Assembly: GCA_039698055.1 (NCBI GenBank)
Contig: JBDKTL010000025.1
Span: 1-38,644 of the forward strand
Length of the DNA stretch: 38,644 bases
Reading direction: 5' to 3'
DNA from: Methanoregula sp.
GTDB taxonomy: Archaea > Halobacteriota > Methanomicrobia > Methanomicrobiales > Methanospirillaceae
Under the pieces are notes generated by a model. The model was given only the letters and a program-made list of their open reading frames with translations, was not told the DNA's origin and did not search any database. Positions 17,200-27,588 of the stretch are shown here, in pieces (positions within the stretch are counted from its first letter, which is position 1; each line of letters begins with the position of its first letter). The position numbers and the translations under genes were made by a program.

Positions 17200-17712
17200 T
17201 CATTTCCCCCGTACGTAGAGGTACTCATTCATCACAATGCCATTTTTTGTAATCGCCTTTGAATGGACTGCTTCACGACAGAAACCGCATTTCTCCAGCA
17301 CCCGCATAGAAGACGGGTTGCTCTCGAAGACTCCTGCCTGGAGACGAATGACCGGGAACCGGTCAAATGCAACGGGGATAATTGACCGGACGGCATCTGT
17401 GACTATACCCCTCCCCCAAAATTCCTGCGATAGCCAGTACCCGATTTCAGCCGTACCACGGTACACATCATTGAGCGGGTGAATGCCGATGCCTCCCACC
17501 GCTTCACCATCCACATCGATTGCCAGCATGAGTGCGGAGCGGATGTGCGTTGCCATCGCGATGAACGATTCTGCGTCGTTGATAGTGTACGGGTGGGGAA
17601 ACATATCTCGCATATTGGAGGCGATGCTGGGATTATTGGCATGATAGGCAAGGGAAATGGCGTCATCCTGTGTCCAGTTGCGGAGGGTGGCAGATGGGGT
17701 TGCAAGACGCAT
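17200..17712 (-). CDS. GNAT acetyltransferase, RimJ/RimL family
   Basis: PHPYT..DA, AEIGYWL...FWGRGI, N.SSMRVLEKCGF. Confidence 0.9.
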   Translation of the reverse strand: MRLATPSATLRNWTQDDAISLAYHANNPSIASNMRDMFPHPYTINDAESFIAMATHIRSALMLAIDVDGEAVGGIGIHPLNDVYRGTAEIGYWLSQEFWGRGIVTDAVRSIIPVAFDRFPVIRLQAGVFESNPSSMRVLEKCGFCREAVHSKAITKNGIVMNEYLYVRGK

Positions 17713-17810
17713 ATGTATCTTCAGGATTGTGTATAAACAACTGAATTGTTAAAGAGTATAAGACCGTGCCCGTTTAAAAAAAACTGTTTTTCCCCCTTTG
17801 AGGGAACCAA

Positions 17811-20123
17811 TCAGGATGCATTACCTTTTTTACGTTCGTCCAGCCATTCGGTTAATGAACCCATCAGCGAGAGTACGGCCGGCATGATGAAGATCGCACC
17901 GATAAGCGAGAATCCTACGGCGATCAGGGTTGTCACCCCGAAATTGCTGATGATGGGGAAACTTGCCAGCATCAGTGCCGAGAATCCAAAGAATGTGGCA
18001 AGTCCCGATACGGTGATTGCCGTACCGATCCTGCTCACGCTTTCCTGGATTGCGGCAATATGGTCGTGCAGCCGCTCCTGCTCTTCGCTGTACCGCTCCA
18101 TGACGAGGATTGTATACTCGGCCGCAACCCCGATGGTCATGGACCCGAGCGTTGCGGTGAGCGGTGAGTAGGCAATCCCAAGGATATACATCATCACCGC
18201 GTTCCACCCGACAATAAGGATGATTGGCACCAGCGGGGAGATCGCATGGATATGCCGGTATACTAGGGCAAGGAAGAGGAAGACGAGAATAAACCCGAGA
18301 AGTGTCATCATCTCTTTAGAGGAGGAGAGATCATGAATCAGCGAGGTCATGATATCGAAGCTTCCCACCGGTTGGACTGTGATTCCCGGTGGCGGCTGGT
18401 TGAATCCGATATCCTTGATCATCTGCTCCTTTAGGTTCTGCTCTTCAGGCACCTCCATGCTGAGGGTCCCAAACCGGATCACACCTTCCATCGTGCCGCC
18501 GAGATACTGTTCTTTGATACTGTCGGGAATTTTTGCCAGTGCCGAATCAAGCTGTTGCTGGGTTTCCGGCAACACCCCGTTGTTATAGGCAAGGATATAG
18601 GTGACAATGCTGGTCGCTCTGGTGATCTGGGTGTGGTGGGAGATCTCATAGTCCTGGAACTGCTGCATCCAGCGCAGTGTATCAAGATCGGTGACCCGGT
18701 TTCCCTGCACGTAGAAATCCACCGAACTTGTCGCACCGATAACCCTTGTCACTTTGTCCATCTGGACTTTTGCCGGCATATCGCTGGGGACAAACGCGTT
18801 CTCGTTAGTCTCGATGGGGATCATTGTATCAATCTGGAAACCAATCACCGCGATGAGTACTGCTATGAGAAGGATCGGCACCGGATTCTTTGCGATCTTC
18901 ACTGAAATATCGGTGAGGAACTTTCCATACGACCAAGAACTTTTTTTACCTGCACGGTTCTTTTGGTTTCCGTCCGGATCTGAACCAAGAAAATCACATG
19001 CCCCCTCTCCGACGGCATAGCACACTTCAGGTTTTTTTGGTTTGGGGGTGTAATTCAGGAGGTGAGCCATGGTCGGTAACCCGACAAGGGAGATGATATA
19101 ACAGCTCATTACACCGATCATCGCGACCAGCCCAAACGACTGGACCATCGGTACCGGGGAGATGAACATGGCGAGAAATCCCATGCAGGTGGCAAGCATC
19201 GCGTACAACACTGCAGGTCCCGTCCGTGTCACTGTCATAAAGACCGCCTCGTCAAGAGATCCCTTCCGTGATTCTTCATCAAGCCGGGCATGAAACTGGA
19301 TTGCATAATCGATCCCAAGGCCGATCATCACCGGGAATGCCCCGAGCACCGCCATGTTGAGCTGGATACCGGTCAGTCCCATGAATCCCATCGCAGAGGT
19401 GAGCCCGATGCCGACGAGGAGCACGGGCAGGAACCGGTGGCTGACATAGGAGAACAGGATGCCCATGACAAGGACCATCAGGAGCATGGCAGCACCGATA
19501 AGCACTCCCATGGAAGAGCCCATCTCTGCTTTCATCTGTGCGGAGAACGCCGGGCTCCCGGAAACGGTCACTTTAACTCCCGCAGGTGGATTGGAATGAA
19601 GGACAAGCGACTCCACATTATTCAGGGCTGCGGTCTTTGTCTCATCGGATAATCCCTGCGCGAGTTGGATCTGCACCAGCGTCAGGACATTTGAAGGGAT
19701 TGCAGTTGCCTTCACTTCCGGAGGGATCTGCTCAACGATCCGGTCAATTTCACCCTTTGACTGCGGGAGAACCCCGCCGTTTGCACTTTTCAGGATATCG
19801 ACAACACTGGAGGATTTAATAATGTTCTGCTGCTGGTTGATATCGTTTTCAAGCCGGTCGAGATACTTGAGAATTTCAGGATTCAAAGGGTCGCTTGTTT
19901 CGACAATGAGGATAAGGGAATCCGATGCGAACGTGTCCGTATAGTGATTGTTCAGGATCCCTTTCGGGGAATTTTTGTCTAGGTACGTATCGTTCCCGGT
20001 CTGCATGGTGATCATCGTCATGCCAAAGATGGCAACGATAAAGACCAGTACGATGATGGCGGCAACGACACGCGGGTGGTGATTAATGGTCCGGGCAATT
20101 TTTTCAAAAAGTTGGTCGATCAT
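17811..20123 (-). CDS. RND/MMPL transporter, HAE3 (hydrophobe/amphiphile efflux-3) type
   Basis: Two repeats of TM + large loop + five TMs, with GLGIDYAI and GVAAEYTI acidic residues. Likely start MIDQLFEK at 20123. Confidence 0.9.
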   Translation of the reverse strand: MIDQLFEKIARTINHHPRVVAAIIVLVFIVAIFGMTMITMQTGNDTYLDKNSPKGILNNHYTDTFASDSLILIVETSDPLNPEILKYLDRLENDINQQQNIIKSSSVVDILKSANGGVLPQSKGEIDRIVEQIPPEVKATAIPSNVLTLVQIQLAQGLSDETKTAALNNVESLVLHSNPPAGVKVTVSGSPAFSAQMKAEMGSSMGVLIGAAMLLMVLVMGILFSYVSHRFLPVLLVGIGLTSAMGFMGLTGIQLNMAVLGAFPVMIGLGIDYAIQFHARLDEESRKGSLDEAVFMTVTRTGPAVLYAMLATCMGFLAMFISPVPMVQSFGLVAMIGVMSCYIISLVGLPTMAHLLNYTPKPKKPEVCYAVGEGACDFLGSDPDGNQKNRAGKKSSWSYGKFLTDISVKIAKNPVPILLIAVLIAVIGFQIDTMIPIETNENAFVPSDMPAKVQMDKVTRVIGATSSVDFYVQGNRVTDLDTLRWMQQFQDYEISHHTQITRATSIVTYILAYNNGVLPETQQQLDSALAKIPDSIKEQYLGGTMEGVIRFGTLSMEVPEEQNLKEQMIKDIGFNQPPPGITVQPVGSFDIMTSLIHDLSSSKEMMTLLGFILVFLFLALVYRHIHAISPLVPIILIVGWNAVMMYILGIAYSPLTATLGSMTIGVAAEYTILVMERYSEEQERLHDHIAAIQESVSRIGTAITVSGLATFFGFSALMLASFPIISNFGVTTLIAVGFSLIGAIFIMPAVLSLMGSLTEWLDERKKGNAS

Positions 20124-20252
20124 AGTGTTCCTGTTGTATTTGTCAATATGCTGGTGGTATGTTTCTGACGTATCGAATTGCATTCCCACATCGTGACACC
20201 TCTGATCAGATCTCTTGCACACTCTCCGGTCGTATTTACCAAAAAAAGGGTA

Positions 20253-21626
20253 TTACTGGGGGATGTTTCGCCGTTTATAGAGGAAATAGCCCGCTGCTGC
20301 TATGATCGCAATAACGATAACCAGCAGGATGAGCGGGTTTGCCAGAATATCCAGGACTCCCTTTGCCGCAACGATATGGACGTTCACCTTCATCGGGGTT
20401 GAGGTATAAGTATTGTCGAGCGCGTCACGGTAGCTCATCTCGGAATCAATGCCGTAATCTTTCAGCGTCGCACCTTTATCTACGGACACGTCAAATGCGG
20501 CCTCTTTTATTTCACCGGGGGCCATGGTGCCCAGATAGGATGTATCATCGTTGCTGGTGAAGGGATCGACGGCACTGATGCGTGCCTGGGCATTGTATAC
20601 CGTTGCTCCACCGGTATTCTGGTAGCCGACCCGTATCACGCTTTTCGCGCCGGGTGAGATGGTTGAATTTGTGTAGGCAACAGCAAAATCCACTTTCTTT
20701 CCGACTGGAATCCCGATGGTCTCACTTTCTGAAGTAACCTGATCCTGTTCGGAGTTCTGGTAATCGACATACACATCGAGAGGATATGATTTTGCTTCTG
20801 CATCCCCGGACACCATTACCTTGAACCGGCAATCGGCGGTGGAACCTGCTGCAAAATCCCCAATATATGCGCTACCTTCTGTTGGGGTAACGGGGCTGCC
20901 ATCGTTCTGGGAAAGCCTGACAACTGACTTCTTCCCATCTTCATGGCCGGTATTTTTGACCTTGAGGATGATGTATCCCTCATTGCCCACATTCAGGTTT
21001 TCAGTATCGACCGACAGCACATCTATCTGGACATTTGATTTGATCTTTATCGGGAGACTGACAATATCGTTGACTGATTTATAGTAATACTGGACGGTAT
21101 CATCTCCGTATTGTTCAACCTGGTACAAGTACGTGTAGTTCAGCGTTACCGGCAGGTTATAGGTCCCTGCTGGCGCATCCCGGTTGATCTTCAGGTTAAA
21201 AAGTACCGTGGCGCTATTGCTTCCCAGCAGGTCTCCAACCGTCTGGGAATCGGATTTGATCGCAAGCGGGGCGTCGTCCGTGCCCAAAGTCACCGTCAGG
21301 TGTTTTGCCGTATTGGTAAGATCCTCCGTATCGACGATACCGGATTTGACAAATTTAAACTGGTTGACTCCCTTATTCTCAATTACGACATGGAGCGGTA
21401 CGTCTTGTCCGGGGCTATATTCATTTGTTCCGGCTATGTATACGGAAAGTTCCGGGCTTCCTGCCATATATTGTGTCCCGGCCATCGCCGGGGTACTCAT
21501 CATAACTGCGATGGATACTGCGGCAAGGCACAGGCACCACAGCAATGAATGTCGGAAGTTCAGGAAACCCCCGGATGGCATACGGATTAGATTATTCCTT
21601 GTTGTATCCCCGATTGTCTGACTCAT
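20253..21626 (-). CDS. COG1361 S-layer-domain protein
   Basis: Signal peptide, three Ig-like repeats (G.Y.LPV.L.Y, N.G...A) and C-terminal TM + KRR. GAGG RBS before ATG 21626. Confidence 0.85.
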   Translation of the reverse strand: MSQTIGDTTRNNLIRMPSGGFLNFRHSLLWCLCLAAVSIAVMMSTPAMAGTQYMAGSPELSVYIAGTNEYSPGQDVPLHVVIENKGVNQFKFVKSGIVDTEDLTNTAKHLTVTLGTDDAPLAIKSDSQTVGDLLGSNSATVLFNLKINRDAPAGTYNLPVTLNYTYLYQVEQYGDDTVQYYYKSVNDIVSLPIKIKSNVQIDVLSVDTENLNVGNEGYIILKVKNTGHEDGKKSVVRLSQNDGSPVTPTEGSAYIGDFAAGSTADCRFKVMVSGDAEAKSYPLDVYVDYQNSEQDQVTSESETIGIPVGKKVDFAVAYTNSTISPGAKSVIRVGYQNTGGATVYNAQARISAVDPFTSNDDTSYLGTMAPGEIKEAAFDVSVDKGATLKDYGIDSEMSYRDALDNTYTSTPMKVNVHIVAAKGVLDILANPLILLVIVIAIIAAAGYFLYKRRNIPQ

Positions 21627-21803
21627 GTAATTCCTCGGTTTATGTATTAAAATCTTAATACAGGTTGAGATTATTAATACATATATTTTGGTCAATACTA
21701 CGGTTTTTGGATTTCCCCCCAATCTGCACGGGAATACTGGATTCACGCACGCGGCAGGAAAAATCCTGCAACCCTCTCCCAAGAATGCCTTTATCGCCCG
21801 GTG

Positions 21804-22892
21804 TTATTCAAGTGTCCTGCGGTATGTCGCGATGCCAAGGATGATCATAGCCGTGGAAAAAATGAGCAGGGCGATAAGATCGGTTCCGATCACGTCAAGC
21901 CCCTGGCCCCTGAGGATAATACTCCTCAATGCATGCACGCCATAATACTCGGGATTGATGGCCGTGATCCAGCGCAGCCAGTCCGGCATGCCGATGACCG
22001 GGTAGAATGCTCCCGATGTCATGAACAAGACAAGGTTGAGAAATGCAACAATGGACGTGTACTCCTGCTGGGAGGAGAACCGGGATGCAAAGGAGACGAC
22101 AAGGCTGGTGACACCGACGCATGCTATCAGGATTACCAGTACAACCAAAAAGAAATCTTCCATGTTTTGGAGGGCAATACCGGTGATGAGGAGATCAATC
22201 CAGAAAATGGCAAATCCCGCAATAAACGCCCGGACTGTGCCGCTGGAGATGATCCCAAAGATGATGCTTGATCGTTTCACCGGTGTGACAAGATAGCCTT
22301 CGTGGATACCGTTCTCCCGGTCCTTGATGAGCGCGATACCGCCGCCGAACATGGTGGAGGTAAAGATCGCCATCATGATAACACCGACACCAAAGAACTG
22401 GATATACTTGATGTCCCCGTAGATTTTATCGACGTACATTGGGTTGTGGGCCCCGAGTTTGTAAAGCACACCCTGGACTGCTGACTCTACAAGCGGCGGA
22501 ATAATAGAATCCGCGCTGTCGACATACAAACGGACAGTATGGTCGTTTGACACCTCTGAAGGAAATACAATTACGGCGGACAGCAGCCCGTTTTTAAGAT
22601 CCTGTTTGGCAACGGCCTCATCGGTGTATACCTTCACATCCAGCAGTTTGGGAGCGTCAGTCTGGGAAATATGGTTGAGACTCCAGACCGCGTCGGTAAA
22701 AAGAGGTGTATCCTGAAACGGAGGGCCTTCCTGCACCACACCTACTGGGATATGGCTGATGGTCCCGCCCATCGCGTTGCCGAAGATCACCAGGTACATG
22801 ATGGGCATCATCAGCGTCATGCCAATGACAAACGGATTGCTGAGGAATTTTTTAAAGTCCCGCTTGAAGATGGCAATCGTACCCCGGATCAT
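21804..22892 (-). CDS. ABC-2 type exporter permease
   Basis: DRENG..EGYLVTP, SGAFYP..GMPDWL.WI..INP..Y. Overlaps the ATPase stop by 4 bp. Confidence 0.92.
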   Translation of the reverse strand: MIRGTIAIFKRDFKKFLSNPFVIGMTLMMPIMYLVIFGNAMGGTISHIPVGVVQEGPPFQDTPLFTDAVWSLNHISQTDAPKLLDVKVYTDEAVAKQDLKNGLLSAVIVFPSEVSNDHTVRLYVDSADSIIPPLVESAVQGVLYKLGAHNPMYVDKIYGDIKYIQFFGVGVIMMAIFTSTMFGGGIALIKDRENGIHEGYLVTPVKRSSIIFGIISSGTVRAFIAGFAIFWIDLLITGIALQNMEDFFLVVLVILIACVGVTSLVVSFASRFSSQQEYTSIVAFLNLVLFMTSGAFYPVIGMPDWLRWITAINPEYYGVHALRSIILRGQGLDVIGTDLIALLIFSTAMIILGIATYRRTLE

Positions 22893-23950
22893 GGCATACG
22901 CCTCCCCCGTGCACCCGGTGCAGGGGCATTCTCATTGCCATTGTCAAGTTTTTTCCCGGTGAGGTAGATGAACACATCTTCAAGTGAAGGAGAGTGGATG
23001 GAGATTGACAGGATTGGGAGGGAATAGTCTTCAAAGATTGTCAGGAGAAGCGGAAGTACCTGGCTGCCGTTTGTAGCAGAGATGGTCACCCGTTGTTCGA
23101 GTACACTGACAGAATTCACGAGCGGATTTTCCCGGATTGCCGCGACCACCCGGTCATCCATTTTTTCCACCCCGATCTCGATCAAATCGCCTGCCGGAAT
23201 GAGTTTCCGCAGGTTCTCCATAGTATCTAGTGCGATGAGCCGGCCACGGTCAACAAATGCGATACGCTGGCAGAGTTTTTCTGCTTCGTCCATGTAATGG
23301 GTGGTCAGGATGATGGTGGTCTCTTCTGCATTAAGGTGGGCAATCTGCTGCCAGACTTCCCGCCGGGATTCCGGGTCAAGGCCGATGGTTGGTTCATCAA
23401 GGAACAGGATGAGCGGCTTGTGGATAAATGCCCTGACGATCTCCAGTTTTCTCCGCATCCCTCCGGAAAATGTCTGGACAGGTACCGTTGCACGATCGGA
23501 AAGCCCGGTCATCTCCAGCAGTTCCCAAATCCTGTCTTCGAGAACCGCGTCATCGACATTTTCGAGTTTCCCGTAAAATTCGAGGTTGTCGTATGCGGAC
23601 AGCTCAGTATCGAGCGTTCCGTTCTGGGGGCAGACACCGATTATCCCCCGGATCTGTTCCGGATCTTTTGTTATATCGAAATTATGCACCCAGGCAGTTC
23701 CCGATGTCGGCGTCAGCAACGTTGTAAGAATACGGATAAGTGTACTTTTTCCCGCCCCGTTTGGGCCAAGAAGGCCAAAAATTTCACCTTTTTTAACATC
23801 AAATGAAATATCGTTTACGGCTTTTACCACTTTGGTCTTGGAGGGAAAAATCTTCGTTATGTGATCCAAGTGGATGATGGTTTCACTTTGAAGGGCCGTG
23901 GTGTGCGACGATGCAGCTATATGTTCTGCTCCCTGTTTCTCAAAGTCCAA
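22889..23950 (-). CDS. ABC exporter ATP-binding protein (DrrA-like)
   Basis: Walker A GPNGAGKS, signature FSGGM, Walker B LFLDEPT, H-loop TTHYM. Confidence 0.95.
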   Translation of the reverse strand: MDFEKQGAEHIAASSHTTALQSETIIHLDHITKIFPSKTKVVKAVNDISFDVKKGEIFGLLGPNGAGKSTLIRILTTLLTPTSGTAWVHNFDITKDPEQIRGIIGVCPQNGTLDTELSAYDNLEFYGKLENVDDAVLEDRIWELLEMTGLSDRATVPVQTFSGGMRRKLEIVRAFIHKPLILFLDEPTIGLDPESRREVWQQIAHLNAEETTIILTTHYMDEAEKLCQRIAFVDRGRLIALDTMENLRKLIPAGDLIEIGVEKMDDRVVAAIRENPLVNSVSVLEQRVTISATNGSQVLPLLLTIFEDYSLPILSISIHSPSLEDVFIYLTGKKLDNGNENAPAPGARGRRMP

Positions 23951-24038
23951 AATGTATACCCCGTTTCTTTTTAAAAAGAATGATGTGCCAGAATATTAGT
24001 TCATGCATACCCATTTTTTTGGTTTTTATAGCCTCGCT

Positions 24039-24668
24039 TCATGATGACGGAGAAAACATCAGGGAGATGATCATTACGACCCCAAACCCGGCAATAATCA
24101 TTCCGGAAACACGGTTGATAAGGTGCAGGTGGGCCCTGTTCAGGTAGGTTCGTACCGTGCCAAGACTTCCGCATAAAAAAATCCACCATATGGCTTCCCC
24201 TAAAAGTACCCCCATGACAAATATTGCCGGGGAAAGTATCGAGTTCCCGCTGATCACCACGCCAAATGCCGGGATAATAATCGTAAAGAAAAGAATGGTC
24301 AGTGGGTTTGCGATTGCGAGGGCAAACATTGATGCAAAATCCCTGAAATACGATAACTCATCCTTCGGTGTCTGGATATCCGGTGGGACCCGGAAAAATA
24401 TCCATATCCCCACAGCAATGAGCGCAATCCCGCCAAACAACCGGAAGAACCACTGGCGGGCAAGGAGGAACTCAGCGATGAGGGCAAAACCAAACGCGGT
24501 TACTGCCGCATAGACGATATCGGCGGTTGCTACACCCATGCCGGAAATAATGCCATGCAACCTCCCGTTTGCCAGTGTCCGGTGAATGCAGATAAGGGCA
24601 ATGGGACCAACCGGTGCAGCAAGTGCAATCCCAATGATAATCCCATGGATGAAAAGTAAGGTTTCCAC
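24039..24668 (-). CDS. LysE-family translocator
   Basis: G..LAAPVGPI, G.G.ATAD and NPLTI motifs, six TM helices. GTG start after GGAG. Confidence 0.88.
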   Translation of the reverse strand: METLLFIHGIIIGIALAAPVGPIALICIHRTLANGRLHGIISGMGVATADIVYAAVTAFGFALIAEFLLARQWFFRLFGGIALIAVGIWIFFRVPPDIQTPKDELSYFRDFASMFALAIANPLTILFFTIIIPAFGVVISGNSILSPAIFVMGVLLGEAIWWIFLCGSLGTVRTYLNRAHLHLINRVSGMIIAGFGVVMIISLMFSPSS

Positions 24669-24860
24669 GCGTTATACTCCCGTCAAACCCTGATTCCTGG
24701 TGAGCACCAGCATATCTTTAGATATTTACATGCGGGACATCATCAATCTTGCATACCCGGATACATGTCCGATACTGGCGGGGCGCCCCGCATTTCCTGG
24801 TTAGTAGTTCCAAACGGGTGCGCGATGGGGTTGATGGAAACCGTATACGGTAATTTCTTT

Positions 24861-25073
24861 TTAACGTATCAGGAAATACCATGCAAGCCCGGCAATTGCG
24901 ATAACCGAACAAACGGATACCAGCGTGACATTGAATTTTTTATCCCGCAGGCTCATGTTCGACCAGTCTGGTTTTTGTTTTCCCAGCAGGAACCCAAGAG
25001 ACAATCCAATACCTGTTCCCATCAATAACCCGATCAGGATTACCATTATGATTGAAAATGCATCTGTATACAT
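24861..25073 (-). CDS. Small two-TM membrane protein
   Basis: 70 aa with two hydrophobic helices and a GxxxG pattern, same strand as neighbours. Confidence 0.7.
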   Translation of the reverse strand: MYTDAFSIIMVILIGLLMGTGIGLSLGFLLGKQKPDWSNMSLRDKKFNVTLVSVCSVIAIAGLAWYFLIR

Positions 25074-25193
25074 ACCGTACTCTGGTTATAGGTTACCGGT
25101 AGGGAAATAAAAAACCAAATGCCCGTTCATGTCAGAATAATTCAGCCAAAGAAAAGTATTTCACGATCCTTGGGTTTAATTGACTGGTACAGT

Positions 25194-25679
25194 ATGGGAC
25201 GTAAATCAATCCGGTCCGGTATATTGTTTGCCCTGTGCATTGTAATTCCGCTCGGTGTCGGTGCTGTTGGATCGATATTCACCTTGTCTGCGATTCCCAC
25301 ATGGTATGCAACCCTCCAGAAACCCTTCATTAATCCCCCAAACTGGGTTTTTGCTCCGGTCTGGACCGCCCTTTACATCCTGATGGGCATTTCGCTGTGG
25401 CTGATCCTGAAAAACGGTATCCGGACGTTTCTTGAACGGCAGGGAGCGATCCTGTTCTCTCTCCAGCTGGGTGTCAACCTGCTCTGGTCGCTGGTTTTTT
25501 TTGGGATGCACTCCGTCACGTGTGGGCTTATCATCATCGTGATTCTTTGTGCCCTTATTGCTGCTACGATATATACATTCAATAAGGTTTCAAATCATGC
25601 GGCATGGTTGCTTGTTCCGTATTTCCTGTGGAGCTGTTTTGCGGCGGTTCTGAACGCGATGATTTTCATGCTCAATTAA
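25194..25679 (+). CDS. tspO: TspO/MBR tryptophan-rich sensory protein
   Basis: WY..L.KP..NPPNWVFAPVWT.LY.LMG, N..WS..FF, LLVPY..W..FA..LN. Likely start 25194. Confidence 0.9.
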   Translation: MGRKSIRSGILFALCIVIPLGVGAVGSIFTLSAIPTWYATLQKPFINPPNWVFAPVWTALYILMGISLWLILKNGIRTFLERQGAILFSLQLGVNLLWSLVFFGMHSVTCGLIIIVILCALIAATIYTFNKVSNHAAWLLVPYFLWSCFAAVLNAMIFMLN

Positions 25680-25828
25680 CCTGTCGTTGCCAGTCTGTAA
25701 TGACATGACAGGTAAAAACAGAAAGCGTGTTTTTTCCCGGTGCGGTAGTGTTTTATCTCTTCTCCCGCTCATCATACTACCATACCGTTTGGTGTTCCCC
25801 AGTATGGAGAATGGAGGTAACTGCAACC

Positions 25829-26890
25829 ATGATTTCGCTGCGTTTTTATCGCATCTATGATATCGGCAGGGAAATAGACCTTGACTGGCTCGAGCGATCG
25901 CTTGCAGAGAATTATTTTACCGCACGGACGAGTTTTCTCCGGGTAAAGCCAAAATCCATCATGATCGAGGACCCCCCGCTCCTCATACGGATGCTTCCTG
26001 TCCGGGTGGAGCGGGATGGCCGGCATTTTGAATTTACTGCGGTGGCCCGTATATATGATATCGGAGTTATCAGCCTCTGTTTTGTATACGAGGATGCTCA
26101 TGCCGACTATTCGGCATTAGAAGAAATTGCATTCTTATTTGCCGGCCAGGAAGGGCTTTCAGACTATTTCATCCAGTATCTCAAAACTCTTGGCGAGATC
26201 ATCAAACCGCATATCCGGAATTTTGCCATCAACCCGGATTTCTATGAGGATTACACCATATACGTGACCGACCGGCGGGACGATTCCATTGATCCTGTGC
26301 CGCTCCTAATTGGCGAGCGAACGAACTTTTCTATGCAACTCCGTGAGGATATTACCCGGAACACGCTGAGCTATACGATCGATGATATTGCTGTGCTCTC
26401 CTGGGACTCGGCATTGCTCTGCACTCCTGACAGTCCGACCGATCTCATTGACTTGATCGAATTTGCGAATGTGCAGGTGCTTGAGCTCCGGTATTATGAC
26501 CGGGAGCTGACACGCCAGATGGAAAAAATGTATGACGATATCGAGTATGCAGATCGCTTGTCCCCGTTCCGCAGGAGCCGCCAGTATCACGCGATTATGA
26601 CGCAGCAGATGAAGACCTATGCGGAAATTTCAGAGATTATTGAAAAAGTGGACAACCTGATCAAGGTTACTGAGGACGTGTATTATGCACGGATCTATGC
26701 GACGGCGTTAAAAGTTCTCCGGAGCAGCCAGTGGAGCGAGAGCGTGAGCCGCAAGATTGATGTCATACGCGAGAATTACTCTATGCTTTCCGATGAGGTC
26801 CGGATCCAGCATTCCAATTTCCTCGAATGGGTCATTATTATTCTCATCGCGCTTGAGTTCGGGCTTGCGATCTGGCAGAGCATCCGTTAA
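25829..26890 (+). CDS. RMD1/DUF155-like protein with C-terminal TM helix
   Basis: Helical body ending LEWVIIILIALE. GGAGGT RBS before ATG 25829. Confidence 0.65.
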   Translation: MISLRFYRIYDIGREIDLDWLERSLAENYFTARTSFLRVKPKSIMIEDPPLLIRMLPVRVERDGRHFEFTAVARIYDIGVISLCFVYEDAHADYSALEEIAFLFAGQEGLSDYFIQYLKTLGEIIKPHIRNFAINPDFYEDYTIYVTDRRDDSIDPVPLLIGERTNFSMQLREDITRNTLSYTIDDIAVLSWDSALLCTPDSPTDLIDLIEFANVQVLELRYYDRELTRQMEKMYDDIEYADRLSPFRRSRQYHAIMTQQMKTYAEISEIIEKVDNLIKVTEDVYYARIYATALKVLRSSQWSESVSRKIDVIRENYSMLSDEVRIQHSNFLEWVIIILIALEFGLAIWQSIR

Positions 26891-27044
26891 ACAAAACGGA
26901 CTGAACTTTTTTTAGCGTATTATTTTCATTTCGGCATTTCTGGCATTTTTACCAAGCCGAAAACGATGGGAATGCTATTTTAAAAGATGTGAGAATTGGT
27001 TCACGGGAACGATCAAAAAAAGAAGAATTGAAAAATGTATACAA

Positions 27045-27218
27045 TTAGAACCGGGGTTTCCGGTGTTTCGGCAGGCATTCCTGACAATACACTGGCCTTC
27101 CCTCGGTTGGCTTGAATGGAACTTCGCATTCTTTTCCACAGTCTGAACAGGTAACTTTCGTCATTTCACGTGGGCCGGAGTCTCTGGGACCGCGACCGCC
27201 AAAATTTGATCCATACAT
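27045..27218 (-). CDS. CxxC-x17-CxxC zinc-ribbon protein, 57 aa (not in ORF track)
   Basis: Manual translation: MYGSNFGGRGPRDSGPREMTKVTCSDCGKECEVPFKPTEGRPVYCQECLPKHRKPRF*. Confidence 0.93.
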   Translation of the reverse strand: MYGSNFGGRGPRDSGPREMTKVTCSDCGKECEVPFKPTEGRPVYCQECLPKHRKPRF

Positions 27219-27426
27219 GATATTTCTCGTACAGTTGTTTTATAACTGTTATATTATACATGACCTTCAAGCATAAGAAGCTCTGCATGGTCGTACCGGC
27301 TTATTCTCATGATAAGCCCTCGAAAAAACCAATTGATGCCACTGGGAGAAAAAGGAATTCTTATATTCCAGTTCGTGGAGAATGGGCTGGTATACCCTCT
27401 CGATGGTGAATGCGAATCCCTGTTGA

Positions 27427-27588
27427 TCAGGGTGCCGGTGGGGTTGTTTTCTGGATGCCGCAAATCTGGCCGTATTTGTTAATGCCATACGATGACAGGA
27501 TGGTTTCGTCATCAAGTTGTTTCTCTGCAATCCCGATACGGCTTAATTTGTCACGAAGAATCCGGATATTTTTATCAGTGTTTTGCAT
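27427..27588 (-). CDS. Hypothetical small protein (53 aa)
   Basis: MQNTDKNIRILRDKLSRIGIAEKQLDDETILSSYGINKYG... preceded by GAAGGT. No recognised motif. Confidence 0.4.
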   Translation of the reverse strand: MQNTDKNIRILRDKLSRIGIAEKQLDDETILSSYGINKYGQICGIQKTTPPAP

